From assembly GCA_963767035.1 (NCBI GenBank), contig CAVYBW010000001.1, forward strand, positions 2,438,547 to 2,502,546: a DNA stretch of 64,000 nucleotides. The letters are read 5' to 3'. Source of the DNA: an uncultured Chloroflexia bacterium. Lineage in GTDB: Bacteria; Chloroflexota; Chloroflexia; Chloroflexales; Herpetosiphonaceae. Each line of letters starts with the position of its first letter. Within the stretch, counting starts at the first letter, position 1. Positions 49,824 to 62,773 of the stretch are shown piece by piece. The notes beneath the pieces were generated by a model that ran no database searches, was not told where the DNA came from, and saw nothing but the letters and a program-made list of their open reading frames with translations. The position numbers were made by a program, and so were the translations under genes.

Positions 49824-52148
49824 TCAGGCTTTTTTGGCACGCACAGCTAAGGCATGCTCAATTGCCCAAATCGATTGTGGCCGCATGTACATGCTGGCAC
49901 GGAAGGTTCGTTCAACGCCCCATGCTTCTGGTGTGCGGAACCACAAACCAAGTTCGTTATAGGTGGCGTTATAGGCTCCCCAAGCGGTTTGCCAGCCTTC
50001 AACGTCAAGGCCTTCTTGCAGCATCATGGCCGCAATCGCGTAGGTTGTGCCGCTCCAAACTTCGCTGGCTTGGTTCGAACTGGTATCAACCGTGCCATCT
50101 GGATGCATACCATTGACTGCACCCAACGCGCCATTGGCATATTGCATGACGTTGAAGCGATAAACCGTTTGCAAGGCCGAACGAATCATGGCGTGTGGGG
50201 CAACCGCTGGCAAGCCAATCGCGCCAGCATACCATTGGCCCACCAATTGATCGGCCATAATCACTTCGCGCAAATCGGTATCAGCAGTGTGATAGCGGAA
50301 ATAGGTTCCATTCCAGAGTTTGGTTTCGAAACTTTGACGAGCCGCAGCCAACCATTCGCTCCATGCATCGGCTTGGGCATGCTCGCCCATGCGTTGCGCC
50401 AAGCGAATCGCCGCCTCCAAGGCACAAATCAACAAGCTGGCCGAATAACTGGCCGCGCCGCTCATGGCCCAAGTATCGTAAGTTTGGTCGGCTCCACTAT
50501 GGTCGAGCAAACCATCGCCATCGCTATCAAATTGATGCACATATTCCAAAGCGGTCGGAATCGTTGACCAGGTTGCTTCAAGCATGGCCTGATCATTCCA
50601 CAAGGTTACGTCGCGATAGATGCGCAAGATATACTTGAGGTTGAGATCTTTCCAGTTATTGATATCTTGAAAGTCGTAGGCATTAGTTTTGATTAGCGGT
50701 TGCTCTTTGGGCGCGCCAAGATCGTGTGGCAATGCCCCAGCGGCCTTACGAATCGCTTGGACTTGGGTTGCCACAATCGTCACGACCGTATCATCAGCAT
50801 CGTTGACGGTTTTGGAGAAGGCAATAATTTCGCCCCGTTCAAGCTCTGGCCAAAGCGCCAAGATGCTCCACGAGCTATAGAACGACACATCGAGTGTGCC
50901 ATAGAAAGGATAATCGTAACATTCGAGGTAGCTGAACAAGCCCACCGCATCAGCCGCAGGCTCGGGTTCGCCGACCGCACGATCAACCCACAACGTACCA
51001 CCATCAACCAAATAATACAGTTCGTTAAAAAGAGCAGATTTATACCAAAGTGGCCGTTGATCGTCAGCCAGAATTGGATTTTGCCATGCTTCAATTGCGT
51101 TGCGCCAAGCATCGCCATTGTTCAAACTTGCAACCGCCAAGGCTTGGGCTTGATCACCATTCGTGCCCCAAAAATGGGTATAGCGCTTGTACCAGCGGCT
51201 TTCATCAGCAAACTCAACGATTGGGAAGTCCCAAGCGAGGCTGAAGGGAATCACGGCGCTTTCACCAGGCGCAAGTTCGAGGGTTACGGCAATTGCCGTG
51301 GCGCTGCGTTGATCGGCAGCAACTTGCTGACTGGTTGGATATTCAGCCAATTGACCATCGCTGGCAAAATCTTGCCAAAGCGCAGCGGCATCGTTAGCAA
51401 CATCCCAGCATGTCCATTGGCTCACAGTGGCAGCTTCAGGTGCTTGCACCGCCAAAGCCCAAGTGCCATTATGGCTGCTCAAGGCTTGATCGCTGGTTTG
51501 GCTCAAAGTCACACCAATGCTGTTGCCATCGTTCCATGCTGTGTGTTGGCGTTGCAAGCTCAAGCCAGCTGCTTCGACCGCCCGGGTATGTTCCCATGAC
51601 AGCATTAATCCCAAGCGCACAGTTTCGCTGCCCCGATTGGTCACGCGCCATGTGAACACGCCAACCGGATAGCTACTTTCCTTGAGATTGCCAGCCAAAA
51701 CTGGTGAAAATTGCTCTTGCACCAATTCGAGTGGCCAATCGGGGTGTTGATAATCGAACCACGCGCGGGGAAACAGCGCATGATAATTGCCAGCGCCAAC
51801 TGGATAATTCCAATTCCACGTGCTCAATTCATCAGTATCAGGCTGGGTTGTGCACAACACCTGGGCCGCTTGTTGGCTGGCGGTTTGCCAGAAAACACTC
51901 CATTGATTGGGCCAAACGCTGCGCTGAACGTGTTTGCCAACTTCTAAATGCCAGCGCGACCAATCGCCACGAAAGTTGCGGCCAATCGCCCCGCTGCCCA
52001 TGCCACCAATTGGCAAACCATGAAAGACTCCATCGTCAATGATTGGCCCGTGATCGTGGGCGGCAACCGCCGCATTCGGATAATCGAGGCCAAGCGGGCG
52101 TTGCCACGCTGCGAGAGGAATTGAGGGATGGTGGCGTTGTTCGGTCAT
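49824..52148 (-). CDS. GH116-family beta-glucosidase (GBA2-like)
   Basis: 'HGLPIGGMGSGAIGRNFRGDWSRWHL' matches the GBA2 N-terminal domain. 774 aa with a six-hairpin C-terminal region. Confidence 0.7.
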   Translation of the reverse strand: MTEQRHHPSIPLAAWQRPLGLDYPNAAVAAHDHGPIIDDGVFHGLPIGGMGSGAIGRNFRGDWSRWHLEVGKHVQRSVWPNQWSVFWQTASQQAAQVLCTTQPDTDELSTWNWNYPVGAGNYHALFPRAWFDYQHPDWPLELVQEQFSPVLAGNLKESSYPVGVFTWRVTNRGSETVRLGLMLSWEHTRAVEAAGLSLQRQHTAWNDGNSIGVTLSQTSDQALSSHNGTWALAVQAPEAATVSQWTCWDVANDAAALWQDFASDGQLAEYPTSQQVAADQRSATAIAVTLELAPGESAVIPFSLAWDFPIVEFADESRWYKRYTHFWGTNGDQAQALAVASLNNGDAWRNAIEAWQNPILADDQRPLWYKSALFNELYYLVDGGTLWVDRAVGEPEPAADAVGLFSYLECYDYPFYGTLDVSFYSSWSILALWPELERGEIIAFSKTVNDADDTVVTIVATQVQAIRKAAGALPHDLGAPKEQPLIKTNAYDFQDINNWKDLNLKYILRIYRDVTLWNDQAMLEATWSTIPTALEYVHQFDSDGDGLLDHSGADQTYDTWAMSGAASYSASLLICALEAAIRLAQRMGEHAQADAWSEWLAAARQSFETKLWNGTYFRYHTADTDLREVIMADQLVGQWYAGAIGLPAVAPHAMIRSALQTVYRFNVMQYANGALGAVNGMHPDGTVDTSSNQASEVWSGTTYAIAAMMLQEGLDVEGWQTAWGAYNATYNELGLWFRTPEAWGVERTFRASMYMRPQSIWAIEHALAVRAKKA

Positions 52149-52271
52149 GATCCTGTGCTCCTATGTTTGGTTGCGATTACCAAACACTGCTCGATAAATA
52201 ACAAAGCGGCGTGCAGACCTCAGCAACGCCAAAGTCTGCACGCCTTTGTCCCGGTTGTTGAGAAAATAAAT

Positions 52272-53165
52272 CTATTTGACTGCGCCAGCGGTCAGGCCAG
52301 CGATAAATCGCTTTTGTAAAAGGAAGAACATCGCGGCAACTGGCAGAATAATCACCACCGAAGCTGCCGAAAGCAACTCGTAGCGATTTTGCGAGCCAGC
52401 TACGCCCGTAAATTGGCGAATGCCCACCGGAATCGTTTGGACGTTCAAGATCCACGCGAACAACAGTTCATCCCACGCGGTCAAGAACACAAAGATTGCG
52501 GTTGAAATAACGCCTGGGCCAGCCAATGGCATCACGATATACAAGAAGGCTTGGAAGCGGGTTGCCCCATCGACCATGGCCTGTTCTTCCAAGTCGATTG
52601 GAATCGTCGCAAAGAAACTGCGCTGAATCCAGAGTGAGATTGGCAAAAAGAAGCCAACATACAGCACAATTGCGCCAAAATTGGTGCCAATCAAGGGAAC
52701 GCCAAGGTTATTTTTCAACCAAAGGAAGGTCATATACAGCGGAATCAGGAACAACGTGCCAGGCACCAATTGGGTTCCCAAAATCGCCATACTAAACCCG
52801 CCCGAACCAGGAAAGCGGAATCGTGCCAAGGCATAGCCCGACATCGAAGCCAAAATGGTTACAACCAAGGTTGTAATGCCACAAATAATTAAGCTATTGC
52901 TGAAATAGGTGCCGAATTTAACCCGCGTCCACATTTCGCTATAGTTGCTAAATTTCCACTCGCTGGGAAAGAAATTGCTAGCAGCGGCAAATTCATCGCG
53001 CGATTTGAACGAGCCAAGAATCAAAAAGATAATTGGCAATAACATAAAGGCAATCAGAATCAGCAGTAAGATATCGCCACCACGATCGAGAAACCATGCT
53101 TTGTAGTTAATCGTCGTGCGAGCTGGTCGGGCCGATTCGGCCTTTTTGCTGAGCGAAACACCCAT
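52272..53165 (-). CDS. Carbohydrate ABC transporter permease (MalG/CebG-like)
   Basis: Six TM helices and an EAA loop. Confidence 0.75.
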   Translation of the reverse strand: MGVSLSKKAESARPARTTINYKAWFLDRGGDILLLILIAFMLLPIIFLILGSFKSRDEFAAASNFFPSEWKFSNYSEMWTRVKFGTYFSNSLIICGITTLVVTILASMSGYALARFRFPGSGGFSMAILGTQLVPGTLFLIPLYMTFLWLKNNLGVPLIGTNFGAIVLYVGFFLPISLWIQRSFFATIPIDLEEQAMVDGATRFQAFLYIVMPLAGPGVISTAIFVFLTAWDELLFAWILNVQTIPVGIRQFTGVAGSQNRYELLSAASVVIILPVAAMFFLLQKRFIAGLTAGAVK

Positions 53166-53176
53166 AAACGGCCTCC

Positions 53177-54154
53177 TTATTCAGCCCGCAAGCTTTCGCG
53201 GAATGTACGATACCAAATGCCAACAAAGACCAACAGCATACACATCAGAATCACTGAGGCTGCCGAGCCAAAGCCATATAAGTGACGTTCCCATGTCTGG
53301 CGCGTAATCGCGGGCACCAGCAGGTCGGCATATTCGCCAGCGAAACCGGTACCACCACCAAACATTTGGACAGCGATATTATAGCCGCCATAGAAACCAT
53401 TAATCAAGCCAAACAACACTTGGGTTGCAGCAATGGGCTTAATCAGCGGCAAGGTAATGTGGCGAAAGCGTTGCCAACCATTTGCGCCGTCAAGTGAGGC
53501 CGCCTCATATAAGTCGGTTGGAATCACCTGAATTGCGGCGAGGAACATAATTGTGGTGAAGGGCAAACCACGCCAAACCGTGGCAATCACCAAGGCATAG
53601 AGCGAGTTGGGGCCAATCAACCAGGTTACTGGGTTATCAACGATGTTCAAACCAAGCAAGATCCGATTGGCCAAGCCACCTTGTTCCAGCCAAATAAAGT
53701 TGAAAATCGTTCCAGTTACGAAGGTTGGCACAACCCATGGCAACAATACCAAGGTTCGCGCAAGCCCACGCCAGCGGAAATTACGATTCAGCAACAGGGC
53801 TAGAATCAAGCCCACGCCCAGGGTGCCAATATTCGTCCAGATGGTATAAACTAAGGTATTTGCCGCAGCATTGATTAGGCCAGTTACCCGCGAACTTGTG
53901 CCAGCTTCGCCAAGCCCAAAGATCGCGTTGAATACTTCGATGTAGTATTTTAGCCCAACAAATGGTGCTTTGAGGTAGAGGGTTAAGGTTGTAAGTCGAA
54001 CGTCGAGGAGTGAAAGGTACAAGCCTTGCACAATCGGAATCAAGTGGACAACCAGCATCGCCACAATGGTTGGAGCGATAAATTTATATGCTAGGCTGTT
54101 TTCCCGAATCCGTTGCCACAATGAGAGTTTATTTTTTTTTGGTGCCAGAGCCAT
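53177..54154 (-). CDS. Carbohydrate ABC transporter permease (MalF/CebF-like). The ORF tool start at 54202 is an alternative.
   Basis: TM topology and EAA loop 'YEAASLDGANGWQRFRHITLPL'. A T9 homopolymer lies just after the ATG. Confidence 0.7.
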   Translation of the reverse strand: MALAPKKNKLSLWQRIRENSLAYKFIAPTIVAMLVVHLIPIVQGLYLSLLDVRLTTLTLYLKAPFVGLKYYIEVFNAIFGLGEAGTSSRVTGLINAAANTLVYTIWTNIGTLGVGLILALLLNRNFRWRGLARTLVLLPWVVPTFVTGTIFNFIWLEQGGLANRILLGLNIVDNPVTWLIGPNSLYALVIATVWRGLPFTTIMFLAAIQVIPTDLYEAASLDGANGWQRFRHITLPLIKPIAATQVLFGLINGFYGGYNIAVQMFGGGTGFAGEYADLLVPAITRQTWERHLYGFGSAASVILMCMLLVFVGIWYRTFRESLRAE

Positions 54155-54234
54155 AAACGTCGCTCCATTGCGTGGATGCAATCGTTGATGGAATGCAGGC
54201 ATTTTGCAGCCTGCATTCCATCACCAAGTCCGAT

Positions 54235-55692
54235 TTATTTACCCAACAATTCGTTGACGGTTTGAGCAGCTTGATCCAAGCGGGTCTTGACGACTTCAGC
54301 GCTGACTGGGCCGCCAGCGGTTGCTACATCGTCCCACAGTGAACCAAGTTGTTCGTTGAGAACGCTCTCAACTTGACCCCATTCAGCGATAGGTGCTGAG
54401 GTCTTGCCTTTAGCGGCAGCCGAGATGAACACGCTGTACAACGGATCGCTGGCGATGCTAGCATCGGCTTGAGCGGTCTTGGTTGCTGGCAACATGCCAA
54501 TGGCTTGGCTGTAGCGCAATTGTGATTCGTTACCGGCCAAGAATTGAACAAACTTGACAGCGGCTTCGACGTTTTCGCAGCTCTTCAAGATGGCCAAGTT
54601 GCTACCACCAACGAAGGTGTATGAGCCACCAGGGCCAGCTGGGAATTCGGCGTAGGCCAAGCTATCGGCTACGGCGCGGTTGGTCCAGCCACCAGCATCA
54701 GCAGCAGTGCGAGCATTGCTGATCGACCATGGGCCGGTGATGGCGCTGAAGGTGCGGCCATCGCCGAAACTGGCATCAACTTGCGCTGAGTTCAATTCCA
54801 AGGTGTTGGTGACGGTCAATTTGCTGCTGTAGAGGTTAGCAAATTCTGAAACACCAGCAACAGCTGCATCTGAGTTGAAGGTTGCTTCGCTGAGGTCGGT
54901 GCTCAACAAATCGCCACCGCTGTTCCAGATCCACATTGAGCTATTTTGCCAAACGTTCCAGTCGTTGCGGCCTGGGAAAGCGATCCCAGCAACGTCAGGA
55001 TTTTGTTCTTGGATGGTAGCCAAAGTGGTTTTGAAGCTAGCCCAATCCTTGAAGGCATCTTCTGGCTTCAAGCCAGCTTTTTCCAACAAGTCTTTGCGAT
55101 AGGCAACGGCGCGAACATCAGCAAACCATGGAATCGAGAAGGTGCCTTCGGTACCTTGCAATTGTGAGGTTGCCCATGAAGCGGCGACAAAGCTATCGCT
55201 GCCACCCATAGCGGTGATTTCTTCTTCGGTGAATGGGCGCAAGCCACCCATTGCAGCAAAGGTTGGGTTCCAAGTCGTGCCCAATTGGGTCAAACATGGG
55301 CCTTCGCCACCTTGGACTGAGGTTTGGATGCGTTGGAAAGCTGCACCCCAGTCGAGCATTTCTGGCTCAACATTGATGCCAGGGTTGGCTTTTTCGAAAG
55401 CATCAATTTCAGCTTGGATTGCATCGGCTGGAGCAGCGCCGTTTGGCATGTGCCACAGCTTCAAGGTCACTTCGCCAGCAGCTGGCTCAGCGGTTGCAGC
55501 AGCTTCGGTTGGAGCGGCAGCTTCGGTTGGCGCAGTAGCGCTGGTTGGTTCGACTTGAGCTGCGGTGGTTGCAGTTGCAGCTGGAGCAGTTGTTGCAGTG
55601 GGAGCGGTCTCACCACCACAAGCAACTAAGATCATTGAGATCAGGGTTAAGAGGCTTAGCCACGTAATAAATGGACGTCGTGAGCGTTGCAT
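54235..55692 (-). CDS. Extracellular solute-binding lipoprotein (family 1, cellobiose/cellodextrin CebE-like) with Ala/Thr/Pro-rich tether
   Basis: Lipobox 'LVACGG'. ATG behind 'ggagga'. It is the first gene of the SBP-permease-permease-GH116 unit. Confidence 0.7.
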   Translation of the reverse strand: MQRSRRPFITWLSLLTLISMILVACGGETAPTATTAPAATATTAAQVEPTSATAPTEAAAPTEAAATAEPAAGEVTLKLWHMPNGAAPADAIQAEIDAFEKANPGINVEPEMLDWGAAFQRIQTSVQGGEGPCLTQLGTTWNPTFAAMGGLRPFTEEEITAMGGSDSFVAASWATSQLQGTEGTFSIPWFADVRAVAYRKDLLEKAGLKPEDAFKDWASFKTTLATIQEQNPDVAGIAFPGRNDWNVWQNSSMWIWNSGGDLLSTDLSEATFNSDAAVAGVSEFANLYSSKLTVTNTLELNSAQVDASFGDGRTFSAITGPWSISNARTAADAGGWTNRAVADSLAYAEFPAGPGGSYTFVGGSNLAILKSCENVEAAVKFVQFLAGNESQLRYSQAIGMLPATKTAQADASIASDPLYSVFISAAAKGKTSAPIAEWGQVESVLNEQLGSLWDDVATAGGPVSAEVVKTRLDQAAQTVNELLGK

Positions 55693-55749
55693 ACGAATCC
55701 TCCTTGATTCTGGAGTGGGTTGAACATCAATGTCCAATGCGAACTCATT

Positions 55750-55763
55750 TGGGATCGCTCCCA
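55750..55763. promoter_or_regulatory. CebR/CelR-type operator box TGGGATCGCTCCCA
   Basis: 13 of 14 match to the actinobacterial consensus TGGGAGCGCTCCCA. It lies 58 nt upstream of the SBP start and next to the lacI-family gene. Confidence 0.55.
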
Positions 55764-55817
55764 AAAACTCCCGTGTTCGATCAGACCATGCGATCTAGTG
55801 AATCCGCTGGGTATGGT

Positions 55818-56855
55818 TTAGGATACCCGTGGCCCGCACGATTGGCGTAAGACTAACGAAGGTGAGAGTCGGATGTGTTGCTGCAGCGGTGGTCGGCCTT
55901 CGAGATGGTCAAGCAACATCGTGGCGGCGGTACTGCCAAGTTTCTGAATCGGTTGGTGAATTGTTGTCAGGGCGGGAGTTGTGTAGGCCGCGCCTGGCAC
56001 ATCGTCAAAGCCTATCAGCGAAATATCGTGGGGAGCATGTAACCCGGCCTCGTAAATAGCCCGTAAGGCTCCTAATGCCATGGTGTCGCTGGCCACAAAG
56101 ACAGCGCTTGGTCGATGTTCAAGGCTCAGCAATTGGCGCATTGCAGCATAGCCACCCTCTTGGGTGAATTCGCCCTCGATCATCAATTGATTTTCGATTG
56201 CGACCCCTGCTTGCAACATCGATTGCTTATACCCATCACGGCGATCAATGGCGGTTTTCATCTGCAGTAGGCCGGTAATTGCCCCAATCCGTCGATGGCC
56301 AAGTTGCAATAAATGGTTGACTGCCAGCACTGCGCCTGCCCGATTAGCAACATCAACGGTATACATTGGTTGCATATAGGGGTGTTCGCCAATTAAGACC
56401 AACGGCATTTGGTCGTTAATCAACAAGGGCAAAACTGGGTCATCAATATCGCTCGAAAGCATCAACAGACCGTCGGTCATCCGACTGCGTAATACCCGCT
56501 GATAGAAATCCCGTTCTTGCAGCCCCGTCACCATCGAGAGCATCACCGAATAATCCCGTTCAGAACAGGTTTCGGTAATTCCTTGGATGATTAATGGGAA
56601 GAATGGGTCGGTGAAGATTACTGCCGAGCTGCGTGGGATCAACAGGGTCACCACATTGGTTCGGCGGCTTGCCAGACTGCGGGCGGCTGCCTGTGGAACA
56701 TATTCTTGCTCGCGAATAACTTCCAACACCCGTTGTCGCACTTCAGCCCGCACGCTGGGATGATTATTAATTACCCGCGAAACGGTTGAGCGTGAAACAT
56801 TGGCAAGTTGGGCTATTTGGCGAATCGTGAGTTGTTCCACGGTGAAACCCCACAA
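55818..56855 (-). CDS. LacI-family transcriptional regulator (CebR/CelR-like)
   Basis: HTH 'LTIRQIAQLANVSRSTVSRVINNHPSV' plus a periplasmic-binding-protein-like sugar domain. It is divergent from the GH9 gene and upstream of the ABC operon. Confidence 0.8.
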   Translation of the reverse strand: MWGFTVEQLTIRQIAQLANVSRSTVSRVINNHPSVRAEVRQRVLEVIREQEYVPQAAARSLASRRTNVVTLLIPRSSAVIFTDPFFPLIIQGITETCSERDYSVMLSMVTGLQERDFYQRVLRSRMTDGLLMLSSDIDDPVLPLLINDQMPLVLIGEHPYMQPMYTVDVANRAGAVLAVNHLLQLGHRRIGAITGLLQMKTAIDRRDGYKQSMLQAGVAIENQLMIEGEFTQEGGYAAMRQLLSLEHRPSAVFVASDTMALGALRAIYEAGLHAPHDISLIGFDDVPGAAYTTPALTTIHQPIQKLGSTAATMLLDHLEGRPPLQQHIRLSPSLVLRQSCGPRVS

Positions 56856-57038
56856 ACTGATTTAAATTACTTTGGAACCGGTCTCAGAAGTCTTGGGGAG
56901 AGAATAAAAGATCTTATGTCTTTTGTCAAGTTGTGCGGTATCAAAAATATATTTTAGTTTTCTTTATAGCTGTGTAGTAGGTTTTTAGGGCTTTACAATA
57001 GCCTAAAGCTAAATCTAAAAACTTTTTAAAATTTACGC

Positions 57039-57067
57039 TTGACAAGTTGCAATGAATCATTTACGAT
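57039..57067 (+). promoter_or_regulatory. Sigma70-like promoter for the GH9 gene (TTGACA, 17 nt spacer, TACGAT)
   Basis: The -35 hexamer is at 57039-57044 and the -10 at 57062-57067. Confidence 0.45.
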
Positions 57068-57094
57068 ATTTTTACTTTCATAACAACCTGTGCT

Positions 57095-57108
57095 TGGGAG
57101 CGATCTCA
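57095..57108. promoter_or_regulatory. CebR/CelR-like operator half-degenerate box TGGGAGCGATCTCA
   Basis: 11 of 14 match to TGGGAGCGCTCCCA. It lies between the promoter and the GH9 start. A second copy is at 57175..57188. Confidence 0.45.
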
Positions 57109-57174
57109 TTCTATCACTGCATCATGCTCATCACTCCCCTCGCGGTTCAGCAAACACGTATTTGCTAGTAGCAT

Positions 57175-57188
57175 TGGGAGCGGTCTCA
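57175..57188. promoter_or_regulatory. Second CebR/CelR-like box TGGGAGCGGTCTCA
   Basis: Direct repeat of the 57095 box, 80 bp apart. Confidence 0.45.
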
Positions 57189-57274
57189 ATCAACCTACAA
57201 GCCAGCTGAACCCACAGTAGCTATGAAAATTATGCTGTGCGCTGTTGCACACCAGTACATGCAATCAACATTAA

Positions 57275-59860
<2,586 letters not shown>

Positions 59861-60035
59861 CCAACTGATTAGCAACTCCTCGGCAATGTTTGCATCGAAC
59901 TGTCCGCGCTGTTTTATGCAAGCATTGCCCCGGCCACGCTAAACCAGTTGTATGGAAATAGATAGCTCTGCCGTCGATTGGGCAGAGGTTCGCTTCGTGT
60001 TGTCTCTGAACTTTTTATGTATCCAAGGAGCATGT

Positions 60036-62614
60036 ATGTCTCGGCACTATTATGCCCGCGGGGCGATGTTGTTAGCCCTGCTAACAATGATTGGTGGTCT
60101 ATTGACCACTCAGAATGCCAAACCAACCGCCGCTGCTGCCAGTTGTGTTGTCACCTATCGCGTGCCCAATCAATGGGGCAATGGCTTCTTAGGCGATGTC
60201 AATATTCAAAATAATGGCGCTGCGATCAATAGCTGGACAGTTGGCTGGAGCTTTGCTGGCAATCAGCAAATTACCAACCTCTGGAATGGGGTTGTGACCC
60301 AAACTGGCCAAAACGTCAGTGTCAGCAACGCTGGCTGGAACGGTTTCATCGGCAGCGGTGGTGCTGTCAATGTTGGTTTCCAAGGAACCTACAGCGGAAG
60401 CAACGCCATCCCAACCGTGTTTACCTTGAATGGTGTGGTTTGTGGCGAAAACACGCCAACGCCAACCACTGGCCCAACCAACACCACGACCCCACCAACC
60501 GCAACCACGCGGCCAACCAATACCGTGGTTGTGCCAACCAACACGGCTGTGCCGCCAACCGCGACAACTCGGCCAACCAACACGGCTGTGCCGCCAACCG
60601 CGACGACTCGGCCAACCAACACGGCTGTACCGCCAACCGCAACCAATGGCCCAACCAGCACGCCACGACCAACGAGTATCCCAACGGTTGTGCCACCAAC
60701 CAGCACTCCAACCCTGCCAGGCGATGATACCTATGATCAACGCTTCTTGGAGCTGTATGCTGAATTGAAGAATCCAGCTAATGGTTACTTTAGCTCAGAA
60801 GGCGTGCCGTATCACTCAATCGAAACCTTGATTGTTGAAGCCCCTGATTATGGCCACGAAACCACATCCGAAGCCTATAGCTACTGGTTGTGGCTCGAAG
60901 CCATGTATGGCGAAGCAACTGGCAACTGGCAACCATTGGCCGATGCTTGGCGCAATATGGAAATGTACATCATTCCAACCAGCCAAGATCAACCATCGGT
61001 TGGGGCTTACAATGCCAATAGCCCAGCCACCTATGCTGGCGAATGGGAATTACCAAGCCAATATCCATCAGCCTTGCAAACCAACGTTTCAGTTGGCCAA
61101 GACCCAATTGCCGCTGAATTGCGCTCGGCCTATGGCACCAGCGATGTGTATGGCATGCACTGGTTGCTCGACGTTGATAACTGGTATGGCTATGGCCGCC
61201 GTGGCGATGGCACCAGCAAACCATCATATATCAATACCTTCCAACGGGGCGCACAAGAATCAGTTTGGGAAACCGTACCACACCCATCTTGGGAAAACTT
61301 CAACAATGGTGGCCCAAATGGCTTCTTGAATCTGTTCACTGGCGATGCTAGCTACGCTCGCCAATGGCGCTACACCAACGCCCCCGATGCCGATGCCCGC
61401 GCTGTCCAAGCGATCTATTGGGCAAAAGTGTGGGCCGACGAACAAGGTGGCTCACCGATCGTCAATGGCTTGGTAAGCAAGGCCGCTAAGATGGGCGACT
61501 ACTTGCGCTATGCCTTCTTCGACAAGTACTTCAAGCAAATTGGCTGTACTTCAACCTCGTGCCCAGCAGGCTCAGGCTACAGTAGCTCCCACTATCTGTT
61601 GTCGTGGTACTACGCTTGGGGCGGTTCGATCGGCAGTGGCGGCGCATGGTCATGGCGCATTGGCAGTAGCCACAATCACTTCGGCTACCAAAACCCAATG
61701 GCAGCCTGGATTTTGGGCAGCCAATCGGCTTTCAAGCCAGCCTCAACCAATGGTGCTCGAGACTGGAACACCAGTTTGACTCGCCAAATTGAGTTCTACA
61801 CCTGGTTGCAATCAAGCGAAGGCGCAATCGCCGGTGGCGCTACCAATAGCTGGAATGGCCGCTACGAAGCAGCTCCAGCTGGTACCAGCACCTTCTACAA
61901 TATGGCCTACGACGAAAAACCTGTGTACCACGACCCAGCAAGCAACACATGGTTTGGTTTCCAAGCTTGGTCAATGGAACGGGTCGCTGAATATTATTAC
62001 GCATCAGGCGATGTCAAAGCCAAAAACGTGCTCGACAAGTGGGTAACATGGGCTTTGGCCAACACCACCTTGACCAGCAATGGCAGCTATGAAATTCCAT
62101 CAACCTTGGCTTGGAGCGGCCAACCAGTTACCTGGAACGCCAGCAACCCAGCCACCAACACCAACTTGCACGTCACGGTCGTCGATAAAACCCAAGACGT
62201 GGGTGTTGCCGCCGCTTATGCCAAAACCTTGATGTACTACAGCGCCGCTACCAAGCGCTATGGCACCCAACACGTTGCTTCACAAACCATCGCCAAAGAA
62301 TTGATCGACCGGATGTGGACCCAGTATCGCGATGATAAGGGTGTTGCAAACCCCGAAACCCGCAAAGACTACAACCGCTTCGACGATTCAGTCTATGTTC
62401 CAAACGGCTGGACTGGCACCATGGCCAATGGTGATCCAATCAACAATTCATCAACGTTCTTGAGCATTCGCACCAAGTACGAAGATGATCCAGCCTTCCC
62501 AGCAGTGCAAGCCTACCTCAATGGTGGCCCTGCGCCAACCTTCACCTACCACCGCTTCTGGCTCAAGCCGATATCGCAATGGCTTACGCCGAATACGATC
62601 GCTTGTTCCAATAA
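60036..62614 (+). CDS. CBM2-linker-GH48 exocellulase (reducing-end cellobiohydrolase). C-terminal frameshift near 62556.
   Basis: N-terminal CBM2 '[23 protein letters not shown]'. The GH48 block '[37 protein letters not shown]' is present. After 'HRFW' the +1 frame gives the conserved end '[17 protein letters not shown]', with one G missing in 'tggg'. Confidence 0.8.
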
Positions 62615-62715
62615 GCCCTATGGATGCTCGCTAGCGCCGGCTGGCGAGCATCCGTTAATAAAGCTTAATTGCAGGACTTTTAGGCTATCCATTAAGATCT
62701 TAATAAATAGTAAAC

Positions 62716-62750
62716 TGAGGGCGGCAGTTAATCGTCTGCCCTCTTTTTCT
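62716..62750 (+). terminator. Rho-independent terminator after the GH48 gene
   Basis: 'gagggcggcag ttaatcg tctgccctc' followed by 'tttttctc'. An upstream palindrome 'ggatgctcgc...gcgagcatcc' sits at 62621-62652. Confidence 0.55.
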
Positions 62751-62773
62751 CAATTGTTCTTTTTGGAGGTTGT